Shown: in pieces, positions 1 through 12,705 of the stretch
How positions within the stretch are numbered: the first letter of the stretch is position 1
Layout: each line of letters opens with the position of its first letter
Assembly (NCBI GenBank): GCA_002189035.1
Contig: NEEC01000012.1
Coordinates: forward strand, 1,798,001-1,862,000
DNA length: 64,000 bases
DNA from: Utricularia gibba
Taxonomy: Eukaryota > Plantae > Magnoliophyta
Direction: 5' to 3'
Program-made: the position numbers and the translations under genes
Notes under the pieces: generated by a model
Database searches by the model: none
Told to the model about the DNA's origin: nothing
What the model saw: the letters and a program-made list of their open reading frames with translations, nothing else

Positions 1-26
1 CACAGAGGAGAAAGTGCCACATTTAC

Positions 27-1437
27 CTGTGTTTATGGATGGATCGGAATGATCGAATAGAACGGTATTGTAGGGGCAAAACTTCATGAGATCATACTGG
101 AAGCAATGAAGCAAGTTCTCAGAAACAGAGACTCAAATGCCTAGTGATTTTGAAGGGATCAAACCTTGTAAGGTACATAGTTTCCATGCCATGCCACTAC
201 ATTGAATGGAGAGAAATCTTGAACAGCAGTGAACAAAGTTCCTCCAAACTTTTGCACAACAGTAAAACCAGGGCAAGGATCATCCTGATACCAAGCAACA
301 GGGGCCAGAAAATCCCGTGGATCAGCAAGACCGTTAGCACCTAAACCCCAACAAGTAATCAGATTTCGAAACTTGGCTGAGAGATGAAAAAATGTAGGAA
401 CTTTGGTGCACCTATTGGTCCAAGATCAGGAAGCTGAAAATGTGTTCCATATATTTCAGCAACATAACCCTTGGCTACTTCATCTTGCAGATCAACAGCA
501 AAGCGGAATCCCTGTGGTATAACTACTATCTCACCTGGAGAAACCCGCAGTTTGCCACATTCTGTGGTGATGCACAATACTGCATAAAATTATCAATATA
601 AGGAGACAACCCAATCAGTGATTAGCAAGCAATTGTTCTCTGAAGAGATGATAAATCAGAGTAAGGTTATACTGTTCTTCCTCTAGGAAAAATGGCATAT
701 AATTGAGGCTATTAGCAGAGCTACACTGGTTTAAACAGGTTATTGCTATAGATTTCTCACCCCCTTGTTGAGGAACAATCAAAAAATCCCCATCAGCGTT
801 GCAAAATGCGCAATCCTCCATTGACTTGTTAGCAGCGTATCTGCAATCCGATGAGAGTTAATTCTCTGAACCACAACCCAATGGAAGAACATGGAGCAGG
901 AATTACATGTGAATAGCGAAGCCCTGGCGGAGAAACGAGCTCCCGGCGCCACAAACAGTAGACAACCCATCGATAAAATCAGTTGGGGACTCCGGGATCT
1001 CAGCCGGCCTCCACCGGAGTTGTGTCGGGGTGACGGTGCTATTTGATTCATTGAACTCGCTTACCAATTTTCCGTGAACGGGAACCCTGGGAGTGAACGG
1101 CTCATGCGAAACGGATGGCTTAACGCGATACAGCCAACTGCCAGCTCCAAGTAAACCTCCATTAAAAACTCAGCATTTCAAGGGGAACAAAAGAAACAAC
1201 TTGAAACAAAGAATTCGTAAAGCAGTACGTGCGCTTGTTGAGATTGCGGGGAGACGTGAAGGAGGTGCCGGAGATTTGCTCTGCGTAGAGGCCGTACGGG
1301 CAGATAAGGGGACTGTTTTGGTTTGTGGGTAGCGCTCCCTTGATCGCTTCGGAAGACAAATGGTTACCAAAGCCAGATTGATACTCCAATTCCTCCGGGA
1401 ACGCCCGCCGCTTTGCCGTAGCCGTGTTTTTCGCCAT
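27..1437 (-). CDS. HGO: Homogentisate 1,2-dioxygenase, 5' six exons; gene continues past the left edge
   Basis: Spliced translation gives [111 protein letters not shown]; the exons I checked are in frame with GT-AG junctions. Confidence 0.96.
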
Positions 1438-1735
1438 ATGTGATGATCAATCGGCAACTGGAAACCTCTCGCTTTATCCACTTGTCTGAACTCATTACTA
1501 TTCTCTTCGGACCCATCAGATAGATAAAAAAAAACAAAGTCTGTGAAGTGGAAATGGAAAGGAAAACCATAATCACCAGTTAGTGACAACAAAACCAACA
1601 TATTTCCCTCTTTCTTATCCAAACTTCTGCAAATGTTGCATGAAGCTCTGCTTTTTATTTATATTCATTCGTCTGAGACACTGCGAGAAACCAGACAAAT
1701 TGCTATCGATTATGAATGCTTGAAGTCCAGTGATT

Positions 1736-2376
1736 CTAAGCAGCGTACCGCATTCTCGCAGCCATCCTAAGGGTGAGCCACGGCCTTTCCGGAACAGGAT
1801 CAGGTTCGATGATGGAATGTGCAGGGAACTCAGCTTCCTCGTCGACCAACTCCATTGCCCCTGAAACTAGCTTCAATAATGAACTCCCTGCCCCGAAGCA
1901 CTTATAACTGGAGAAAAGATGCGACCCGAAATGGATGAAAAGGGCAGGGTTCTAATGTAAAGTTCGCTTCTTTCGTTCAGCCTTGCCCCGGTTGTCCCAG
2001 TCTCCAGGCTTCACACAAGCATCAAGATAAGAATATGCGTATATCACACTTCCAAAAGGCCCCCATGGTCGTCCAAGGCATGTGAAGCTCGTTCCTCCAT
2101 TGTCAGTGATCACACATGTGAAAGCGAACTGAATCGAAAGATGGAATTTGACCTCAGGAAAAATCTTCTAAAGAAACAAAAGTTGTATCTTCGTTTGAAG
2201 GGTGGATATTTGACCTCAAAAATGTCTCCTGTTGCTTCTTTAGAAGATTTTTCTGCTCTGAGCAGTCATAAATCCTGTTGATTTGCAAATGGACATGACA
2301 ATGCTCCAAAAGAGCAGTGTGTGCTGTTACCAAAGATGAAGTAATACTTTTTCCCATGATGCAAATTCAAAGTATC
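1736..2376 (-). pseudogene. Pectin methylesterase PME31-like pseudogene fragment (3' half only)
   Basis: Across shifting frames it reads DTLNLHHGK, FIFGNS, TALLEHCHVH, CKSTGFMTAQSRK, CVITDNGGTSFTCLGRPWGPFGSVIYAYSYLDACVK and PWLTLRMAARMRYAA*. It has several frameshifts, an internal stop, a deletion of the LKDCYIEGSVD-type segment, and an acceptor reading CAC instead of CAG. I found no 5' exons. Confidence 0.85.
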
Positions 2377-2653
2377 CTGAAAAAACAATAGTTTCATAGC
2401 AGAAGAAAAACACAGCATTTACACTTCTTTTGAGCATTTCACACCCACACACACATGTATCACTCCAGAGCATCCTTGGAGGTTTCAATTATTCACTTCT
2501 GCTAATGTATTTGATCTTGTATCACAAACATTTCATTTACAAACATTTTTCTTTTTCATCAAGTACACAAATCATGCCCACAGCTAATGATGAGAATCAA
2601 ACATTCAACCACACTATCACACACCATCAGTTTCATATGCATAATTCGCCATA

Positions 2654-3240
2654 CACTAACCATAGAAGACAATAGGCACAGAAAATGGCCAAATTCAATG
2701 GTTGTATTTCCACATATATGTGTCTACCTATTAAACCAAATAATTAGCTATTGAATAATTGATATAATTAAATATATAATAGATTTGTATCATTAATAAT
2801 TAACTAGATCTAATATTTTTATATGTAAATGATTTTCTTATATATTTGAATTTCACATATATATTTATCTTACTTATCGAATTCTTAATTTTAACATAAT
2901 ATCAAAGTATGATTATAAGAAATTATAAATCAATAACAATTAATTAGACATCATATTTTTGGATGTGATATATATTTCTTATATAATACAAGTCAATGCA
3001 CCTATTTGCTCAATCCATCAAAATTTTAATTTCAAAGCTGACAAGAAAGATACGTACAATTTTAGAAAGCATAGTGATTACAATAATCCTTTAGTCACTG
3101 TCTGAACAGATCCTTGAAAAAACCATCTTTGCTACCATGCCAACACATAGCCACACCATTGTGATGATGTTTCAACGGAAAAGCACTAACCATAGAAGAC
3201 AAGAGGCACAGAAAATGCCCAAATCCAATGGTTGTGTTTC
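2654..3240. repeat. Imperfect 57-bp direct repeat (2654-2710 and 3184-3240)
   Basis: cactaaccatagaagacaa(t/g)aggcacagaaaatg(g/c)ccaaat(t/c)caatggttgt(a/g)tttc occurs twice, 530 bp apart. Confidence 0.85.
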
Positions 3241-3626
3241 TAGTGTGTTTATTAGAATAAATACTTTTGTATAGAAAAATTAAAATAATATGATTAAATA
3301 TATAAAAAATTATAAATTATTATTAATTGATTAAGGTGCAATATTTTCAAATATAATTTACGATTCTTCTGCAATTGGAATTCACACACTACCCCAAATT
3401 GATCATTTTCTTACTTTAACACTACTAAGCGAAAAACCTACAATCATGAAAAGCACAATGATCGATGATCTCTTTACCTCTTTACGATCTCGATCAGTAA
3501 AAATAAGTCTAACATAATTGAATATATATTATTTAATTCTAATGGATTTGAAGCAAAAACATGGGCTAGGCCCATCCATACACGTACCTTTTTGGATTTT
3601 AGGAATAATGTAAAAACTCAAACCAA

Positions 3627-3874
3627 TTTAAGGTATGTTCTAAAAAACTTTTATAACGTAATTTTACTTTTGTATAAATACTTTTCAAAATTAGAAGTAA
3701 AGTTAGTAAAAGTACACCCCTTATGACTTCTGTAAAAGTTTTTTTTTATTGTATGATTTTAAAAATACTTCTAATAAAAATACTTTTGAAAATAAGGATG
3801 TTCTAAAAAAAAATAACTTTTACTTTCATATAAGTAAAAGTTATTCATAAAAGTTTTCCAAAACACACCCTTAA
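3627..3874. mobile_element. Degenerate AT-rich MITE-like element
   Basis: Ends ttaaggtatgttct and ccaaaacacacccttaa are loose inverted repeats of the TAAGGGTGTGTTT type; similar ends occur near 6840-6857. Confidence 0.3.
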
Positions 3875-5252
3875 TAAATTAAGCTTTACATATACTCAAT
3901 ATTCAACTCATTCTCAAATCTATCAAAATTAAAAATATATAGGATTACACAACTCTTCTCCAATACCATATTTACAAAAGTAACAAAACTAGTTTTGAAA
4001 CATTTCCAAACGATTCCAATGGAGCCTGCAGTTGATTTGAAGTGTGATGGAGGCTGCACCAGGGGGGGTTTTGTACTGTACACTTGGCAGTAAGTAGACT
4101 TTTATTAGCTCAGTTAACTTGTGGTTAAAATATAGGGGCTATCACGTAATTAATTCCTCCTTAATTACTCAATGTAACTGGAGCTATCGACGTGGGCGGC
4201 TGGGAAGCTGTAAATTTTGGAGACTAATCAATTCTAAATTATTTATTTAATTTCTGCATCAATCACTATGCTTCTCAACATGTATCTACATTAAACCATA
4301 CTTAGGATACCAAAGGTAGACCAATTTAATTAATAATATCTTTGAATATATTTTATAATTAAAAAAGAATTACTAGCTTTGAAAAATACTATTCGAAGGG
4401 TTTTTTAAATATTTTACAAGTCATGCATGTGTTGAAGAAACATATCTACCTGACAATAGATATAATTATCGATATGTACACGTTTAGAAATATAAAGGAA
4501 CCTATCAAGCATGACTTCAGTTTACAAGACGGTGTATCCCTCTGGCAGAGTCACATGGCTAACATTACTATTAAATTTAGCAATGTAATATCATCAATTA
4601 TATTGAGTACAAGAAATATTGAATACGTCATTACTATGTACTTGAGTTTCATGTGTAACAATGTTCTGGCTACAAAAATGGATAGATGATCGAATGTTTA
4701 ATTGAATTAGAGTACGATAATTGAATTAATAATATATTAGAGTTATTTATGTTTAGATAAACATGTGTTTTGTTGTTAAAATTAAATTTTGTTTGGTATG
4801 TAGATTTTGTACATATGCTAAGTAAATAATTTATAAATTTGGTTTTAATTTATAAAACACTTGTATATTGTTAAAGTAGACAATCAAACATATATTGTTA
4901 TCAACATATCCACTATGCCATATGCTCGTACATACGTAAGCAAGCCATATCTAAGTCCATGTACGACAACAAGTTTACATGGGTTGATTTTTTTTTTTTT
5001 TTTTTGTTTTATAGAATTTCTTCTTATTTTCATTTTCTATAATTAAATTTAGAATTTTTAAAGGAAATAAGAATGAATAGTTTTATTACACGACACATAT
5101 ATGAGTTCAAGCATACAGCTATCTGTTCACAAGCGGCCGGCGGCCGGCGTTGGGCGAGAGTCGCCGTGACTCCGGCGGCCGGCCTAGCCGCTTGCAGATG
5201 AGGTAATCCAGCATACCTTCTATCCTTTTGTGCTTCGGTTACACATGGTCGA

Positions 5253-5858
5253 TCAATGCTGGTATCCCAGAGCGAAATCTCTATCGGAAACACCTCCAGA
5301 AATGTGGCCTTGGTTTGATCCCCCAAGCATAAAACAAGCATAAAGCTCCTCGATCCTGAGATTCCGGGCGTAGCCCACGTCGTCGGTTAGGCAGGAAGTG
5401 ACTGTGCCCTCGTCCCAGCCGGCGCTCGGAGGAGGAACGAAGCCGCCGGCGGGAGCGTACAGCTGACCCCTGAGACCGAAAACCACCTCCTGAGTGCACC
5501 TGAGTTCTGCCCTAAGGGACTCAACCTCCTTCTCTAGTTGCTTTTTATCAGCTAAAGCAGCCTCAAGGCGCAGCTGAAGGGCTTCGTAGTCCAACTCCAG
5601 GCTCTGATTCTTCCACCGGGCTCTCTTGTTCTGGTACCAAATGGCGATCTGACGCGGCGGGACGGCGAGCTGCCGTGCGAGCTGCAGCTTGCGCTCTGGT
5701 TCGAGCTTCTTGGCGGCGTCGAAGCTCGACTCTAGAACCCTAACCTGCTCTTGGCTCAGCCTCTTCTTATGGACTTTGGAAGAGGAAGCTTTTTGGCTTT
5801 GTTGAAGACTCATTCCTTCTTTCTTTCTGATTGAACTGATGAAATCGATAGTGCCCAT
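5253..5858 (-). CDS. ATHB52: Intronless class I HD-Zip transcription factor, ATHB52-like; real start probably M at 5813
   Basis: Homeodomain KKRLSQEQVRVLESSF..KLEPERKLQLARQLAVPPRQIAIWYQNKRARWK followed by a leucine zipper. A TATA-like ctatatattt at about 5871-5880 is too close to the 5858 ATG, which favours MSLQQSQK at 5813. Confidence 0.9.
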   Translation of the reverse strand: MGTIDFISSIRKKEGMSLQQSQKASSSKVHKKRLSQEQVRVLESSFDAAKKLEPERKLQLARQLAVPPRQIAIWYQNKRARWKNQSLELDYEALQLRLEAALADKKQLEKEVESLRAELRCTQEVVFGLRGQLYAPAGGFVPPPSAGWDEGTVTSCLTDDVGYARNLRIEELYACFMLGGSNQGHISGGVSDRDFALGYQH

Positions 5859-8800
5859 GTGTGCAACCCTAAATATATAGACTTGATCATATCTTTTTTT
5901 GCTTCAAAAAAAAAGAGAATTATTTGTTTTAAAAAAAATACTGCCATTATTAGTTTTTAAGTTCAGAAATTTATAAATCATAAAAACCCCACCATACATA
6001 AAATCTGATAAAAAAAATATTATTTTTTTGCATACAACGGTACTTTTCTTCTTTTCAGTAGCTATCACGTTTAAAAAAACAAAAAAAAAAAAAGGAGCCA
6101 ACGGCGTTTTGAATGACCAACAAACCTGATTCACTTCTACTAGCAATTCTATAGTGATTCAAATTATGATTGAATAAATAAAATATATTTTTTTAATTTC
6201 TTCTTTATAAAAAATATCAAATTGTGATTGAATCTCAATTGAGAGGTGATTCGTTTTTTTTTCTACTTCATGGGTATTCGAATTTAAGCCAATTACTATT
6301 ATGAACAATTTGCTGTTCAAAATAGTTTAACCGTAATTTAGTCACTATTTTTTAAACCTTGGAGCAAACACGCATAAGAAGTTAATAATTTCATATAACC
6401 AAAAACTTTGTTTATCTATTTATTTATGTACATTTGGTATTAGAATCAAACTCGAGCATTTAATAAGATGACACATCAAGAAAACTAAATTACTAAGGGA
6501 AAGAGCATTGAGAGTTATATACCATATTGATTACAAATAAGAAAAATAAAGCTATTTAATAGAGAAATCATAAAATATTATACCATGTCTAGAAAATAAA
6601 AATGAAAAATCATGAAGATTAAAGCAGTGTTTTGAAAAATTTTGAAAACTGTTTTTATTTTTTAAAATTATTTTAAAAAATAGAAATAAAAAGTAAAAAT
6701 AATCAATTCCTTATTTTTTCAAAAATAACTTTTGTAGTTATAATTTTAAAAATATTTTTACTATAATTATTTTTACAATTAAAATGTTTTAAAATAAAAT
6801 CATTTTTACTTCTGAAAAATAGAAATATATTTTAAAAATTTTCCAAAACATTCCTTAATTACTTAATCAGAACAGTGTCAAACAAGTATAATATGGATCA
6901 CTACATTTGATACCATATTAGAAATGGAAACTAAATCGTTACTCCAACAAATCCAATGATCCACTATACGCTTCTAAACCACATCACGAGTAAAAAGAAA
7001 GTAGTTGCTTAGCTTCACAAGAGATGTCTGAGAAAAATAAGAATGAATATTTATGTGGGGTTTGAATAAAAATAGAAGGTTGTGTTTGTTTAATATTATT
7101 TTTGAAGCTGCTGAAACGGAATGAAAGCGACAGGTAATGGATATAAATAGCGGTGGAGACTGACTTCTCATGCATGAGTGAAAGCCCCTTCACGTGCCCT
7201 CGGCCCTACCCCAAGACTAAAGTCTTCGCCAATCAATTTGAAACACAATTTCAAGAACCCTTTTTGTTTTCTGGGTTCATATCACAAAAATTATCGCAAC
7301 CAGTGGAGAGGAAATGGGAGCCAGCTCCAGAATCCGTGCCGAAATGGTATCGGGAATGTGTGTTGAAGGGGTGGGAATGCAGTAGATGTTGAGCATGTTG
7401 GAAGGGACTTTTCAAGTGAAAGAGTTATAGTATCAGGATGACAACAGTAAGCAGACAACTCATGTGGATCGAATTGAAACATGCCCCACGAGAGCATGGA
7501 CAGAATTCAATGGTTCGAAGCAAGCAGTGGATGGTGTTGACTGTTCAGTGATGGATACTTAGCTTTTTGTCACGTGACGGCACTCAGGCGGGCTTTGTCT
7601 AGTCCGAGGGGCCGACGTCATGGTGCCTGTGCACTGAACCGTCTGCTACAGAACTGGTTTGGGAAGAAACGATCGGGCATGGAATGAGAACCCTTTTTTT
7701 CTGAAGTGATTCTGTTGTGATTTGAGGAGGTGAGCTTGGAGTCTATGGCGGTGACTCCCTTCCTCATGCAGCTCCTGAAAAGGAAGCCTGTCAGGCACTT
7801 TGTTTTGAGGGGTTTAAAACCAGCATCAGCTCGCCATTTCCTTGAAAAAACTGACAAAATCTGAAACTCAAGGATCCAGTAACCGGTGATTGGAAGAATC
7901 GGTGTGCGGGAGTAAGAGTGGGACACAGAAGCAGTCAAAGATTTGTACAAGTTAAATTATTTAAGTGACTCCCATCTTGTTTGCTTAGCTTTAAGCTGTG
8001 GGTTACAGGCGTTCCCGGAGTTCTAAGCATGGGACTGAAAGCAAAAAGGTGATGGAGACAAAGGCGACGGGACATAGAGCGACAAGCCCATACCCTCACA
8101 TAGTTTATTTGGAATGGAACGAGGCAACGTGATTGATGTTGAACGCGTAGGGCACTTGTCTTGTAGTTTATGGAGCTCTTCATGTGGTCCTCAGCACCTT
8201 TTTAGGGTGCCTTTTTCTCTTCCAGAATCAGGTTGCTTGTTCAGCTCCTCGGAAAAAAAAAAAGTTAGACACAAGATGAGGAACTTGATGACGATACTCA
8301 TGTGTAGAGTTAATTATAGAAACAGGAAACAAAACCAGATGTTTTAGAGTAGCAGGGAAGTGAAACCATGGGCTTGGGGGAATCACATAGGGCTCGGCTC
8401 CACAGCATGTCTTTCAAAAAACAAAACAATCATTGAAACGTTCAGATGAATAATCATGTTACCGTCGGAGCATTACTATGTTTTAACGGTATTTTTGAAC
8501 ATTCAAATTAATCAGTTATTTTCAAAATTCAAATGATTAGTTATAAAAGTACAGACTCCTTGGTATAAGTAGAAACAATCGAATTGGTAAAATTAGGAAA
8601 TCAAATCAAGTTTATTGCTAGGAATTTATTGCAACAATCCAAAATTTGCATAGTATTGAATTATTGGAGTCATTTAGAAAAATGAACATTAATTTTTTAT
8701 ACATGCAATTTTTTTTCACACATTGAAAGAAGTATTACCATTTTTTTAATAAACCCTGAATTTCTGCCTGGTCTTACCTAGTTTTGGATTCACTAATTTC

Positions 8801-10449
8801 TCCCCCCATGTTATACTATGTATATGATTTCTTAAATATACGATTTTAATTATGTTTTTCAAAACATGAATTTTAATTCTTTTTTATATATTGCATATTA
8901 CAATATTTTGAACATACCATTGCTTTGTAGGTCACCATGTAGCATGTTTTTACACTTTCTATTCATTAATCTCGATTATTTAATCTACTAATTAGGTGGT
9001 TAATTAAATCAGTCGAATATTCGATATAAATGTAATCATAAAATTGTACACTAAACACGCAATTATTATTTTTAAAAATAGTACTTTTATAAAACGTATC
9101 AAATATGTTTTTTCAAATCAATTATTTTTGTGTAAATTAATTTTTCTTACAGTAAACTAAATCATTCTATTAAATAGAATAATCAAAATTAACCCAGCAT
9201 TTTGGGCCGATAATTTCTGAAGCTCATTTGGTATTGGGCCGGATGGCAGCAGAAATAAAAGAAAGTAAACTTGTTGGCGGGGGTGGGAAGGACTAGATGT
9301 TCATCGATGCCAAAATGGCTGAAGAAGAAACGGAAGATATGTTGCTCCAAGGTTCTGCATTTTCTCTGTTCTTTTGGGGTTCTGTGTTTAGGATTTGCTC
9401 TCTGATATAATGAATTCTGTGTTTTTATCCGAGAAATGTTTGTTTTATCCTTTTCTGAAGTGAGAAATGAAGCGAATTTATGAAGCCATGTGTGGAAGAG
9501 TATTGCTGTCTTTCTGTTCTGGCTTTGAATGTCGTTTGATTCCAGTTGAGTTTGTGAAGTTGGATTTTGAATGTTCGCAGAAGAAGAGCTGGAGAAAGGA
9601 ATCCGGACGGGGCCGCCATGATTCGGTTTCTTCTAGCCCTGATGGTTACAAGGAAACGTAGGAAGCTTCGACGCGACCCTTCGAGTTCATCTGATTCTGA
9701 TCGTCGTTCGGTATGTTTAGATTCAGACTCCTTGTCTTCCAGTTGACGAAGAGCACACGCGAGGGAAGTGCAGAAAAGTAAGTGGGCGTTAAAATACCAA
9801 CAAGAAAACAGCTCCAAAGTGAGAATCTATCTCGTAGAGTGATTTGGATGAATTCAGTTCCAGAAGTAAGACTTTTGGATGAAGATTACGGAAATCACTT
9901 TTATTTTTATGGAAATGATTAATTTGATTAAATTCTATGCTGTGAAAATTATTTTTAAGAAATTTCGTTTTCTCATGAAAACTTAATAAAAGAAGCCATA
10001 TCATCATTTTTGTAAATCACTAAAGATAATCTCAACATTATTCTCTTCTTTTCATTCTTACCTTGCATTTTCATCAAACACCATGTCTCTGTTCAGATAA
10101 ACTTTTCTTTGTTTTGGATGAAATAAGCGATAGCATTGAGAAGTTTGATCATAGCCAATGAATACCAGTTTCCTTGCTTTTTCATCCAATTTTCCACGTA
10201 GTTCACCTGCAATATGCATATATGCAATACATCCAACGACCCTTAGATGAGAAACCCTTGGTTTTATTCCACTCCAAGCCTTCTGTGGAGTCATTCTAGA
10301 TAAACTCTTCAAAACCGATCTATTTAGAAGATACACACTGTAGCATCACCCCATAATTCTCTAGGGAGATTTTTAGTTTTTAGCATACTCCTTACCATGT
10401 TCATGATCATTCTATTTCTCTGCTCCACAACACCATTTTGTTGTGGGGT

Positions 10450-10639
10450 TGTAAGGCCAAGGGCCTAGTGATGTTATGCATCCCACATTGACTACGGACG
10501 GAAGAGGGGATGTGCTTAAATAGAGAAGACTCTCCTAATCTTGCATGAGGCCTTTTTCCCAGAAGGGGAGAACGTAAAACCGTGAGGGTTGGGTGCTCAA
10601 AGCGGACAATATCGTGCAAGGCAAGTGTGGGTCATGACA
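10450..10639. mobile_element. 190-bp solo LTR, TRIM-like, inserted in the Copia integrase
   Basis: TGTAAGG...CATGACA termini, gggt duplicated on both sides (10446-10449 and 10640-10643), internal atcccacat and ggacaatat motifs; it splits the ART/PQQNG codons. Confidence 0.8.
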
Positions 10640-12470
10640 GGGGTCCTTGCAGTCGTAAGACCTTTGTATATCCCAAGTTCCTTACAGAAGTCAACAAACT
10701 GAGTTAGAGTGAATTCACCGCCCTTATCAATTTTCAATGCTTTAATAGACAGTCCACTTTGTTTATCAACCATAGCTTGAAACACTTTAAAGTGAGAGAA
10801 AACTTCTACCTTTGCTTTCATCAAATAAATCCACATTTTTCGAGAGTAATCATCGACCAGGAGCAAGAAATGATTGTTTTCACCAATAGAAGTGGGTTTT
10901 TCTGAGCATACATCATCATATATTAATTCTAGGGGTTTTTTTGGCACGAAGAGTAGTTTCTTTGGGTATAATGGTATGAGTTTGTTTACACACGAGACAA
11001 CCTTCACAAATTTGATTTGGGAGAGAGATTATAGGCATCCCAATGACCAATCCGTTCTTGCTCAATTCATGTAAATAATTGAAATTCATGTACCCAAACC
11101 TAAGATGCCAAAGCCAAACTTCTTCATTGTAAGTTGCTTTCAAGCACATGGGCATCGTATGATCAAATTTGAGAATAAACAATCTATTCCTTGTCATCTC
11201 CAAATGGGCCAAGATTTGTCCTTTATCATCAGTAAGAATGAGATGTTTTACTACTGAGTGAATACCAAAGCCTTTTTCCAATAATTGTCCCAAACTTAAA
11301 ATATTGTTTTTCATTCCAGGAACAAGAAGAACATCAGAGATCAGATTATGACTTTCATTATCAAGTTGTAAGGTAATGTCTCCTTTCCTAGCTATCCTAA
11401 TTTTTGATGAATCCCCAAGTGTGATCTTACCACCATATGTATTGTCAATAGTAGAGAAAATATCTTTGTAGCCACTCATGTGACTACTTGCCCCATAATC
11501 CAGATACCATATATCCTCATGATCCATCTTGTTTTCATAAGCCGTCAAGAGAACTTGTTCAAGTCCATCAGATATAACCTCCCGAGAAAAATTCGATTGA
11601 TGATTGTCATCATTACTTCTACATTCCCAAGAGTAGTGACATTTCTTGTGACACCCATAGCACTCCACATTAGATTTATCCATATATCTTGACTTATAGC
11701 CTTGAGAATATGCTCCTCGTAGCTTCTAATTTCCTTTGTGATTAGTGGTCCACTTGTTTCTTCCATAGGAAGTATTTCCTTCCTCATTTTTGCCATTATC
11801 GTATTTCTCACCAAACCTGCCATGTCCTCTTCCTCTCATATTTCTACCTCTGCCCCTGCCTCTTACAGCCTCCTTTGAGTCTTCTTTTCCTTTCACCTCC
11901 TTCATTTGGAGCAACTGTGGATCTGTAGAAACAATCCTGCTATTTAGACGACTTTCATATGCCTAAAGAGAGCCACTTATCTGATCCATAGTCATCGTCT
12001 CAAGATCATGTGCTTTGTCAATAGTAATGGCAACATGATCGATTTTTGGGTCTAGAGATCTCAACAACTTTTCAACAAGTCGTTCTTCAATCATAATCTC
12101 ACCAAGCCAACTCATTTGATTCGTGATTTCTTGCATTCTGATGACATAGTGTGCAACACTTTCACCAAAGTTTGTAACTTCACTTTAGCATTGTCTGCAC
12201 CTTGCAACAAGGCTTTCAACATATCCCACGCTTCTTTAGCATTCTTAGTAGCAGCACTTTCTCAAACATTTTCTCATCATATGCTTGATAAATAAGGGAC
12301 AAGGCCTTCTTATCCCTCTTCACATTTGCTGCATCAGTGCTTGCAGGAGTCATAGAAATGATATCACCAATCTCATATGCCCTAAATATAGTCATCATTC
12401 GCACGCTATAGTTTTCATAATTTTCCTTTGTCAATGTAGGAATGGACAGAGAATTTGCATTCACCACCAT

Positions 12471-12482
12471 GCTCTGATACCA
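12471..12482 (-). promoter_or_regulatory. Primer-binding site (tRNA-iMet) of the Copia element
   Basis: TGGTATCAGAGC lies 4 nt after the LTR end and directly before the gag ATG at 12470. Confidence 0.92.
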
Positions 12483-12486
12483 CTTT

Positions 12487-12705
12487 TGTTAGAGATATTG
12501 CAATGAGTTTTTGTTCAAAAGACAAAGTAATTTCATACAGGCTTATCATTTCATTCCTTTCATTACAATACTTATACATATTACATCACAATAACTTCTA
12601 TAAACCAACTTTATAACTTCTATAATAACCAACAGGTGGTTATTCATTATTATCTTACTAGATAATCAGTAAGAGTACTTAAAATGTTAAGTTTGTCACT
12701 TAACA
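12487..12705 (-). mobile_element. Single internal Copia LTR (about 219 bp)
   Basis: On the minus strand it starts TGTTAAG and ends CTAACA (TGTTA/TAACA inverted termini), and is followed by the PBS. Confidence 0.75.

Noticed and set aside
1170-1622. 150-aa minus-strand ORF overlapping the HGO start
   Set aside because: Alternative frame over the HGO leader and exon 1; no recognisable domain.
1-5000. U3 snoRNA, which I recall lying next to HGO in Arabidopsis
   Set aside because: No ACGACCTTACTTGAACAGGATC 5' sequence seen; the gaacaggatc near 1793 lies inside the PME remnant.
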